A stretch of 64,000 nt of DNA from Guillardia theta CCMP2712 (lineage: Eukaryota > Protista > Cryptophyta), in NCBI RefSeq assembly GCF_000315625.1, contig NW_005434592.1, positions 73,447 to 137,446 on the forward strand, in the 5' to 3' direction. The notes under the pieces were generated by a model. It did no database searches, had not been told where the DNA came from, and was given only the letters and a program-made list of their open reading frames with translations. The translations under genes were made by a program, and so were the position numbers. This document shows, piece after piece, positions 24,966-35,100 of this stretch (position 1 is its first letter; each line of letters begins with the position of its first letter).

Positions 24966-27281
24966 CGCTCTCCCTCGCTCTCCGACTCTCCTCAACTTCT
25001 CCTTGTCTTCCTTGACTCTTTCACTCGTCCTCACTCTCGTGCTCAGGGCCCTGGCATCCGCACTTCCTTCGGGCGTCTCCGGGGGGTTCAGGTAGCGCAG
25101 CGTCTGCCCCCTGCTGTGCTGGTGAGCCTGTCTGCAGGCCAAGGAACTGGATGCTGCGCTTGCCAACGTCCCAGCTGGTCGTCCTCGACCGAGGAGGGCA
25201 ACCCGGAGCACCAAGGGGAAGCTTGCTTCCAGCTCGAAGCCAGCTGGAAAGAGAGGGGACTTGAAGGGGCACACGAAGCAGCGCCAGGAGCTGGAGGAGG
25301 CGATGGAAGACGGGGAGGAGGAGGAGGAGGAGGTAGAGGTAGAGGTCGATCTACTCACGAAGCTGGGGAAGAGCTGGGCGACACAGGTGCCGGCGGAGCA
25401 GAGACAGTCTCTCCATCCTCTCAACGTGTCGCCAGGTCCTCAAGGTTGCCAAGTGGCAGGAGAAGCTGGAGTTTCTCGAGAAGATCCCTGCCCTCTGCCA
25501 GCCCTCAGGTGCAGGAAGCTTCCGCCTCGTCCCCGGGGACTTTTCGGAGGTGAACAAAAGATGCTGTGGAGAGTCGGAGGATGGCGGGGTGGTGGTAGTG
25601 CAGCTGGGTAAGGCTGCCAACAGGTCGTCAAGAGTTTACGGGTCTTGACGGGGGACTCCATGGTCCTGGTCGTGTCAGCCGCCGTCAAGGGTCTTGGTGG
25701 GCCCATGCTAGCAGAGGTTGGGGGATGAGCTGAGAAATATCTCTCAGGCCTGCTGGGGTCCGGGCTGAAGGAGGAGTTTGCGGGCTCGTGTAAGGTTTGA
25801 CCCCTCGAGCTGATGGGAGGAAGGACTGAGACGATGAGAAGATGCTGTGCCCTCTGATGCTGGACAAGCTCAAGGACAAGGTGAGGGGAGGGAGGAGAGA
25901 GAGGGAGGAAGAGGGAGGGAAGGAGAGGGAGTGGGGAGGGAAGGAAGGAGGGGGGAGGGAAGGGGAGGAGAAATTGTGTCGGGGACGCCAGGGGGTTGGC
26001 TGGGAGAGCGAGACAAGCTGACGTGCTTGTAGAATCGAGGAGTGGTGGAAGCAGTTCATGTCACCCTGGATCAGTGGTTGCAGCGATGCTTCACGGTATG
26101 GAGATTTTCTTCCTCGTCTTGCTTCTATTCCTCCTATTCGTCCTCCTATTCCTCCTACGATTCCTCTTCTTCACCTCGTCATCCACTTCGTCCTCCTCCT
26201 CCTCATCCACATCGTCCTCCTCCTCCTCCTCCTCCTCCTCCTCCTCCTCTCCTCATGCTCGTGTACAGTTCGATGATGTGGTTGACCCGATCTCAAACGC
26301 CCTCAGCAAAGGATCGACGCCCAAGGTGACCGCACAATCTCTTCCTCCTCCTTCACCTTCACCTCAGCCTACTGCTCGTCTCACCCCGTCCTACCTGCAG
26401 GTCAGGATGGAGACTCTAAAGTGGATAGGAAGGGGACTGCGTGCAAACAAGTCAAACAAAAGTAACACACATCCAGTACCTACTTGGTTTCCCCCTCCCC
26501 CCTTCTTTCCCTTCTCTTCCTCTTGCTCCTCCTCCTCCTCCTCACATCTTGGTATCCCTTGCTCATCTAAAGTTCTTCGTTTTGCTGCAGGATCAAAAGC
26601 AGGGGGCATCGGTCTCCCCTCTTCCCTCTGTGAACCTGTAGTAGGATCCATGAACAATGGATAAACCATATCCCCCCCCCCCCCCCCTTCCCTCCTCCTC
26701 CTCCTCCTCCCCCCCCCCCCTCCTCTGTTCTTTCTCTCCTTTTTCCCCCTTCCCTTCCCTCCTTTCTGCCTCAACCTCTCTGTCCCTTTTTCCTCTTCTG
26801 CCATGCTTCTCTCCTCCACTCTTCTCCTCCCCCTCACTTTCCTCCAGTGTGCTTGAAGTTCGCGACGCTGCGTTCGAGGCTACGACTGCGCTCATGGGAC
26901 TCGCTGGATCATCACTGGTGAGAGGCAGAGGAGGCGGAGGGTGTACAGAGGGGAACAAGGGAAGGGAGGAGAAGGGAGGAGATTGGTAGATGGGAGGAAG
27001 GAGATGTGAACAGGAGAAGGTGGTGGAGACAGCATAGAAGAGAGGAGTAGAGGCTCTGAATCAGATATGAAAGAAGACGAGGGGGATAAGAGTATCTGGA
27101 TCCAAGGTTTGTGAGCAGTGGTATTGGATGTAACGGAGGAAGACGGTGGTGGAGGAGATGGAAGAGGAGGAGGAGGGGAGAGGCTGACAAGGACTGTTGT
27201 GGGCAGGTGCTGAACCTTGCTGAGGAGCTGCAAGTCGACCCGAAGAGAAGAAAGAAGCTCATGAGCATGGGATCCGGCTAG
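22045..27281 (+). CDS. XMAP215/Dis1-type TOG-domain protein (two TOG domains after a long Pro/Gln-rich N-terminus)
   Basis: Exon motifs LQERVKSSKWNIR, GLADINVNVQERSL, KWQEKLEFLE, GDSMVLVVSAAV, LDKLKDK/NRGVVEA, TPK/VRMETLKW, EVRDAAFEA match TOG HEAT-loop signatures. Start is uncertain. Confidence 0.8.
23623..23845 (+). repeat. Intronic (TCCTCG)n microsatellite
   Basis: Long hexamer run grading into TCCTTG and TCCTGG units. Confidence 0.95.
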
Positions 27282-27434
27282 GGGGCATCAAGGTGGGGAG
27301 CGTGTCAATACACTCTTAACAAACCGTCAGCAGACTCTCAGCTAATTCTCGAACAAGTCCTTTATGTGTGCCGATCCCAGCGACCTTGTTCCTACTCGGT
27401 ACCTGTCAGCCCCCGTCGTCCTCAACAGCTCTCT

Positions 27435-28783
27435 TCATGCTTCCAACCCTCGCTCCATCAGGCGCAGCTGGACTTCGTTGACTCTCTCCCGTGCTATGCT
27501 GGGATCTGCGCTGCCTTCACCTCCTCCCTCCTCCCTCCTCCCTCCTCTGCGTCCTGCTCACCGCGGGGCTCCTTGGGGGCGATAGAGACGTAGATCCTCC
27601 CCTCCTCGTCAGCTGAGACATCGTACACGCGTGCAGGGCCGCATCTGAGGGCAGGAGGGGAGCGGGAGGGGATCAGAGCTTGACAACAAGGGGAGCGAGA
27701 GGGTAGACTTGCTGTATCCTCCGGGAGAGGGAGAGGGAGAGGGAGGGAGAGGGGAGAGGGGAGAGGGAGAGGGAGGGAGAGGGAGAGGGAGAGGGAGAGG
27801 GAGGGAGAGGGAGAGGGAGAGGGAGAGGGAGGGAGGGAGGGAGGAAGGGAGAGGGAGAGGGACAGAGGAAGAGGAGCTACTCACCTGGACCTCGGCTCTG
27901 AGAGACATGACCCGGTGGCAAGGTCGAAGATGAAGGAGTGCGCGGGGCATGACAGGAAGGGCCCTGGGAGGGGCGAAGCGTTCAGGTCGCGGAGAATGCC
28001 ATCGCTGCCATACCTGCAGGTGGGTTGAGCGCGCATGCCGAGATATCCGGGAAGTCCTTGTGAGGAGCATTCATGCGATGCCGGAGGAGATATTTTTGCC
28101 ACCTCGATGTCTCCTTCGGACAAGGCAGCTCGAGCATGCGGGCAGCTCCGTTGGATGGCAAACATGCTACCTTGACGGTTCCTGTACACAACAATGCTCT
28201 CCCCTGGAGGAGAACCCCATCGTCAGAGACGGCACGAGGGCATAGCAAGGCAGGTGGAGATGGGGAGCACGGACCTGCCCATGTTCGCCTCCTTGCCTCT
28301 CCACTCGATTCCAAGTCGCTCGTCACTCCCGAGAGCGTCAGTGACCCCTGCGTGTGGGGCTGAAAGTCCTGCGCGTCCACTTCGAAATAGCAGATGCCGT
28401 CAACCGTATGGCCTGTTCAACGAGTTGAGGCTCAAGATGTAGAGGAGGAGAGGACGGGGGTTAACAGCAGGACAAAGTGCCCAAGGCCTCTGTAGCATTC
28501 CTGGCGCGGTTCATCCCAACAAATAATTCTAATCTTCACCATACACTTCGCATCGCACATGGTGGTGTTCAGGCAGTCATCATGGTATCGCACAGACCAT
28601 CATGGTGGTGTTCAGGCAGTCATCATAGTATCGCACAGACCATCATGGTGGTGTTCAGGCAGTCATCATGGTATCGTACAGACATCATCATGGAGGATCG
28701 GGGAGACATGTCAGCATGCCATCCCAGTTACCTCTCGCGGGCTCGAAGTCGCTCGCCATTCCCACTGCCTCCTTCCCCTCCAT
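27435..28783 (-). CDS. Rieske [2Fe-2S] domain protein (multi-exon)
   Basis: FAIQRSCPHARAALSEGDIE (CxH) and LSCPAHSFIFDLATGSC (CxxH), followed by RVYDVSADEEGRIYV. The 5' exons are uncertain. Confidence 0.8.
27723..27860 (+). repeat. Intronic (GGGAGA)n polypurine tract
   Basis: Pure-purine hexamer run inside an intron of the Rieske gene. Confidence 0.9.
28558..28692 (+). repeat. 43-bp minisatellite, about 3 copies
   Basis: Unit CATCATGGTGGTGTTCAGGCAGTCATCATGGTATCGCACAGAC. Confidence 0.9.
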
Positions 28784-29580
28784 TTCGCCCTTCCCTCCCT
28801 CCTCCCAGTGCTTCCGAGTTGTCGGCACGGTGGGCCCGGGCCCCGGGTCCCGGATGGACCAAGAACTTTTACGACTACCCACCCCTGACTCGTCCCCAAA
28901 TTCTTCCGTACCCCACCCCACATCCCGTTGAGAGCAACTTTGTAAGACCACCCCTCATTTCGACGATCACTGCCCCTAGTAATCCTTTCTTACGCGGGTT
29001 CAAAACCTATCTCTATATTTCAAATAATAGAGGCAAGATTATTCAAACTTGCTTTATGAATAATACACAACCCCTTCCAGCTCCGGATACATGAGGGGTG
29101 GTAGCCACTCCCTCTGATCAAGCACGATTCGTACCTTTTACCACCCCCTGTTTGCAAGGAGATTTCCCCCCCTCTTCACCCCACCCACCCCACCATTGCC
29201 TCCAACAATGACCTCCACAACCCACCTATCCTAGCCATACCCTACCCCCCTTTATAATATAATTCCTTCACCACCCCCTAGGCAATTTCCGTACTCAAAG
29301 AATAGTCGGAAACAGGGGTGAGACATTTTCAGGTGGGTACCTACATCCGCCTCTACCATACTGTTCGATAGGAAAATAGGGGGTAGATCGAATGAACTCG
29401 AGTACCCCTACCCTATCGGTCTGACCCCTACCCTACTCACAAAGATTTTTTGTCAGTACCCCCCAACATTCCGGTGTCTGTTCGTCGCCGCCATGGTAAA
29501 AAGGCTTCTGTGATTGCGAACAATCTCTGTGAACATGGCACAAGCATGTCACTCATTCCACTGTCAGTGATGAAAATTAT

Positions 29581-29667
29581 CATTTCTTGAATGTGTCTTC
29601 ATTCATTCATTTCGTTGAATGTGTTTTCATTCATTCATTTTCTTGAATGTGTCTTCATTCATTCATT
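29581..29667 (+). repeat. ~28-bp tandem repeat, 3 copies
   Basis: Unit approximately CATTTTCTTGAATGTGTCTTCATTCATT. Confidence 0.85.
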
Positions 29668-30095
29668 CCGATCTCCGTCTTGTGCAGTGCGGGTTTGTTG
29701 ATGGTTTGCTTGCAAGTATCTCTATGTCATCCCCTCGCTTCCCATCCCATCGGATGGTAGCGATAGTGCAGCTCCATGTGCAACATATTTTTTTTTATGA
29801 ATGAATCTTGTTGTGTAAACCTGATTTCAACAAACGAATCAACCTTGTCGTCGTCTTCGATCATTCAGTTATGGAGCACTAAGCACAAACTCTTTTAACC
29901 CGAAAACATGCTGGAGTTGATGGTATAATTATCAGGTGTTCTTGCCCCCACTTACAGGAATTGAGGTGATACTTTCGATGTCCTTGCTTTGCATTTATTG
30001 ATAGTCTTTACAGGCTGTTGCATGCGCATCATCTGATGCCTCCACTGCTGCCGCCAGTGCCTCCACCAGTGCCCACACCACCACCTTGTCTCAGG

Positions 30096-31300
30096 TGTGA
30101 AGCTGATACATGACGAGGCTGGAGATCATATCAATCTAACTCCGCTCGTTGATCAGCCGCCAGCTGACTTTGCTTGGCAACGTGGCTACTCCTGGTATCC
30201 TGACACTCCTGGAGCCTACCCTGCAAGCAAGATGACCTGGTCAGAGCGACGTCATCAGGAGAGTTGCTGGCTGCTAATCGTGTTGTTTGCTTTCTAGGTA
30301 CTACAATTCCGGTGGTCTCTACGATCAGATGCATGCTTCTTCGGATGCGTCCACTGTCGCAGCAGGTAGGAGGAGGATGCAGAGAGGGTGTCGGGGCCTT
30401 AGTTTCATTCAACAGGCTCCCTGTCGCAGGCTCACACCACCACCCTGGCCAACCCCAACTCGGTCTGAAACTTGAGCTCTCGGGAGTTGCTGACGTCATG
30501 CAACCCAGGCTGACTTTGTCTGGCAACGGGGGTACGGATGGTACCCTGACACCCCCGGTGCCTACCCGGCGTCCAAGTGGACCTGGTGAGCAGGCTCGTG
30601 GAAGTTTCTGTTGGACCTGCTCAATGGGTGTGCAGGTACTACAACTCCGGTGGTCTCTACGATCAGTCCCACCAGCTCGGAGCCGTGCCCGTGGGTGAGT
30701 CGCCATGAAGTCGTAGGTCATGAGCTGATGTTTGGTCCACCAGATTCCAAGGACGTGAGCTGTGTCAAGCAGGTTCGAATTGATGTCAATGTCTGACCTG
30801 TTCTGAAAGCCTTTTGTTTCCTGTGTCTTGCTTGGATGAGCAGAACAAGCCCACTCCTGCGTCTCCCGGTTAGAGAACTGACAGAACGAAATGTTCACAG
30901 TTTGTTGCCATGCTGATCCTTGTGATGGCCGTATCGATCATGTCACTGCCCGACTTGTCCATGTCTTCAATGTCTGCATTCGTGAAGTTCTGACTGGTCT
31001 TGTTCCACCAGGACACCTTCTTCTCTGCGGCCATGCCTTCATCCTTGGTGCTGCTGAGGCAACGGTTGAGGTGACTTTCCTCTGCTTCATGCCGCCATCG
31101 ACTCATAGAGTTCGCAGGCCATCAAGACCGGAGACGTCTCCAAGTGGGAGGAGAACTTCAAGGGCGCCTCGAATGCGGCGGCCAATGCTGTCAGCCCTGT
31201 CGGCGGGTACATCATGTCCGAGCACCTCGTCAAGGTGATCCCTTTTGTGGTGTGATGGTTGTCCTCTGATGCGCATGCTCCAGACGAACTAGATGCTGGT
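30096..31300 (+). CDS. Multi-exon hypothetical protein with a duplicated Trp/Tyr-rich 36-aa motif
   Basis: Two copies of ADFxWQRGYxWYPDTPGAYPASKxTW/YYNSGGLYDQ, each split by an intron at the same position. Gene ends are unclear. Confidence 0.55.
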
Positions 31301-31487
31301 CGATGTGTGAGGACATCCAGTCTTGCAGGATTGTGAAGAGCAGAATCAGCTGGTTCATACCCTTTCTTTCCTTGCGTTGCTAGTACGAATAAATCAACAA
31401 TCCCTCGAGTCGTCATGGCTGCATCATACAAGAGATGATGATCGTGCTGACCTCACGATCTACAGCTCAAGAACGCAATCAGTTACT

Positions 31488-31575
31488 TCGTGGATTGCTA
31501 CGGAAATCAACATCCATTGTGGATTGCTACGGAATTCAACATACACTGCGGATTGCTACGGAAAGCAACCTACAT
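31488..31575 (+). repeat. 29-bp tandem repeat, 3 copies
   Basis: Core GGATTGCTACGGAA recurs with a 29-nt period. Confidence 0.85.
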
Positions 31576-31697
31576 GTATTCATCGTACGGGAACATAACA
31601 TGCCGCATCGTGTGACATGCGATCAGGTGTCATATCCCACATGTAGACCACAAGATCCTCTTTGCACTGAATCGCCATCGCTCCACAATGTAGTAAT

Positions 31698-31716
31698 GCC
31701 CGCCATCGGGGGCAGG
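31698..31716 (+). promoter_or_regulatory. Putative snRNA upstream element of U5 copy 2
   Basis: GCCCGCCATCGGGGGCAGG at -68. Confidence 0.75.
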
Positions 31717-31765
31717 GTAATAGGAGGGGAAGCAGGGATGGGCAGGAGCGGGGATGAGGATCGGC

Positions 31766-31872
31766 AAGTCACTGGTGCCGTCATGCCGTACAAATCTTTC
31801 GCCTTTTACTAAAGATTTCCGTGGTGGCGCCAGGCTATGACCAAAACCAAATTTTTGAAGCGCGAAAGCGCA
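31766..31872 (+). ncRNA. U5: U5 spliceosomal snRNA, copy 2
   Basis: Loop I GCCTTTTAC at 31801-31809 within the canonical stem; Sm site AATTTTTG; 3' hairpin GCGCGAAAGCGC. Confidence 0.95.
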
Positions 31873-31922
31873 AACATGCGAAAACAAACTGAAGATTATG
31901 AAGGTGCTGAACGGATGATGAC

Positions 31923-31954
<32 letters not shown>

Positions 31955-32180
31955 GATGTGAGGTTAATTCTTATCAGTTGAAAGAAAACTTTCACCCGGC
32001 ACGTTCTGGTGTTGTGTACAAGTTGTTGGTCATGGTGCCGGCTAGTACATGACAAGCGAGTCTTGAGTTGCTGCTTATTCTGTTCCAAGGTATAGTACAG
32101 TGAGCGAGAGAGTAATATACAACATGACATGACGAAGGCTGGGCGTTGCAGAGCACACAATCAGTGATCAGCAAAGGCGG

Positions 32181-35100
32181 CTAGATGGCAACTTCTTGAA
32201 CCGTCTCTCCTTCCTTGTGCTTCTTCTTCTCCCTCTTCTTGTGGCCGTACGCCTTGCGGAGAGAGTTGGACCTCGCTTCGAGCAGCTGCGGAGAGAACTC
32301 AGCGCTGGACAGGCTTGTGACTTCGTCCGAAACTTCGATAGAGGAAGGACGTTCAGCAAGGAGGAGGCGTCGGGAGCTTCGATTCGATAGTCTCCTCCCT
32401 GTCTCCAGCACATGCTTTCTGTGCTCGCTCTTGAGGAATGATTCCATCCAGGCGTCTGAGTCTCTCCTCGACCTCTCTGCCGCCTTCTTGTCCTCTGTCA
32501 CGATCATCTCGTGAAGCTCCTCCGCCCTCTTGCTTTGCCGCTCCTCCGCTCTTCTCCGATTCTTCCCTTGTCCTGCTGTCTTCTCTCTCTCAACGAACCT
32601 GCTATCCCCTGCAGTCCTCGCTCCCTGCTCTCCTCCTCTCGCCTCTCCTGTATGTGACCTTGGCATATCCCCTGCAGTCCTCGCTCCCTGCCCTCCTCCT
32701 CTCGCCTCTCCTGTATGTGACCTTGGCATATCCCCTGCAGTCCTCGCTCCCTGCCCTCCTCCTCTCGCCTCTCCTGTATGTGACCTTGGCATATCCCCTG
32801 CAGTCCTCGCTCCCTGCCCTCCTCCTCTCGCCTCTTCTGCATGTGATCTGGGGATATCACGGACTGCATCATTTTCTTGTTTGGTAGGAGCGTTGCCTGC
32901 TGCTCTTGCCTCTCCTTGGAATGATTCTTCTGCCCCACTTGGTGCTGGTCGGGCAGTTCTGTTCATTTGGTCTTTGAGTTCCCGCGAGAAAGATTCGAAC
33001 TCATCCATGTCCTGAGCGGTCAGGCTGGTGATCGAAGTCTTGATGGAGGCCTTCAGGCTCTCTTCAAGCATGCTTCTCTTCAGTTTCTTCACGTGCTCTA
33101 TCGTCCCTCGCCTGCTTCGCCTGCCCTTGGCTGCTGCCTCCACCTCCATCTCCTTCTCTTTCTTCTCCGACAACTTGATCTCTGTCGGCGCAACCACTTT
33201 TGTCTCCTCCTGTTCTTGCACATCCTGGTATACAAGTTCTGCCGACGCTGCTGCGTCTGGAGCTGCCTCCGCAGTTGAAGGTGACCCTTCCTGCTGCTGA
33301 GGCATTACAGACTCGAAGTACTCCTCAGCGTCTCTCGTCGGACTTGGTACGTTCTGAACTTGCTGAGGCTCCTTGGACGTCTTCTTGCCGTGCCTTGACA
33401 CGGTGTAGTACCATCCCGTTATCGATAAGGCTAGAACCGACGTGACACCGGCGGCGATCCCAATGAACAAGACAACGTTGACGGAGCGAGTCTTCTCGGG
33501 GGGCATGGTGGTAGAGGGAAGGACGACGGCAGTTGTCGCCATCGCCGTCGTCTCGCTCGCGTTGGTCGCTGTGGTCGGGGGAGGGTTGCCGCTCATCGCT
33601 GCCCACAGAGAGAAGTGATAGCTCTTGGTGAGCAGGAACGGAGCTCCGCCGACATACGCCACCTCCCCTCCTGTGCTCATCCACTTGCCGCTGCCCCGAT
33701 CCAGGAAGCGCATCTCCAGCACCTTTCCTTCTTTTTTCGCCGTGTCGATGACTTCCTGGGTGATGGCAGTGGCGATGGTGACGGGCTGAGCGAAGGTCAC
33801 TCCGTCGGGCTTCAGCTCCATCACCTTCCCCACGGGCTTGAGGTCACTCTGTTCCTTGGGGATCGGAGGATCCGCCTTGTACACTTGCACTGAGACGACG
33901 ATGGAGGAGGTGAGGGCTCCGGGAGGAAGCTCCACCCCGTCACCGTCTGCTCCTTTGACAGGTACCGGCTCTGAGCTCGGCTGCACGAGCTGCGGGGCTA
34001 CCGAGAGATTCTTGTCCGCTACCACTTGAGTTTGGCAACTTTCGCCGAAAGAGCCGGCAGGACATTCGCACCATGCCTGACCGCCTGGGGGGACCTGGAC
34101 GACTCCGTAGCACGGCAGAGAGCAGTTGGGGCCGAACCATGCTGAGCCGTTCCTCCGCTCGCAGTCAGTCTTGGGGACTTGCACGCCCAGGATCGAGCCG
34201 TTGACGGAGCCCTGCAGGCTGACGGGCGACTGAGAGCAGTCGACGCAGGTCACGCAGTCGATGCATCCTACCGTGACATCAACGGCAGCCTGAGTCGTGG
34301 AAGGATTTTTCAACGTGAAGGAGAGGAAGAGCTCGCCGTCGAGACCAGTGACGGTGTCGATCGTCATGTCAAGTTTCCCAGATTTTTGCGTCCAGATAGC
34401 AGACGTCATTTTGAATGTGCTGTTGTATAGCGTGATCAGCAAGTTGTTGTTGTCTGGTGTGCCCGTACCCGTCAGCCCACTGAGTGTGACATGCAGGGCC
34501 GATACGAGCGGCGTGTTGGCTCGAAGGGAGAAGTAGATGATATTGTCGCTTTCGGGAAACGTGGAGGACTGGAGCAGTTTGACGTACTCGAACTTAGGAA
34601 AGATGCAGGAAGACGGGCCCTGAGGCTTCTGCTCGCAGGTGAAGGCAGGAGAGCTGGAGAAACGACAGAGAGCTGTTGCCTCTACCTTGCAGCTGCTCGA
34701 GCATCCGTCTCCGTCCAACACGTTCCCGTCATCACAGTCCTCGGTCGGCAACTTCAACCCGTCTCCGCATACTCGCGGGCATTCGGCGTTTGCAAGATCG
34801 AGAGGAGAGGAGGCGACGGCTCCTTCTCCGACGACGTTGATGGCCGACACTTTGAGGGTAAAGTTCTGGGTGGTAGAGTCGAAGAGCTGGGGGTAGTCCT
34901 GTCTCGTGATCAACACGCTTGTCTGCAATGTTGAGATGACAAACTCTTGATTGACCACCAAGACGACGCGAAAGCTGGAGATGAGTTGACGGTTTGCTGT
35001 CCCATCGCCAGTATTAGATGGGATCGTCCAGGTGAAGTTGAGGGTGTTGAGGTCGAAGCGAGAGACGGTGAGAGACTGAGGGACCGTCGGGGTAGTCAAG

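Noticed and set aside
27723-27860. Telomere-like G-rich repeat
   Set aside because: It lies inside an intron and resembles the many other intronic purine tracts in the window.
31488-31575. CRISPR-like short repeats (also 28558-28692 and 29581-29667)
   Set aside because: The units are head-to-tail without unique spacers, there are no cas genes, and the context is eukaryotic.
31698-31950. U5-derived SINE with a (GAT)n tail
   Set aside because: All copies keep an upstream element at -68 that a U5 transcript would not carry, are full-length and unmutated, and show no TSDs. Functional genes fit better.
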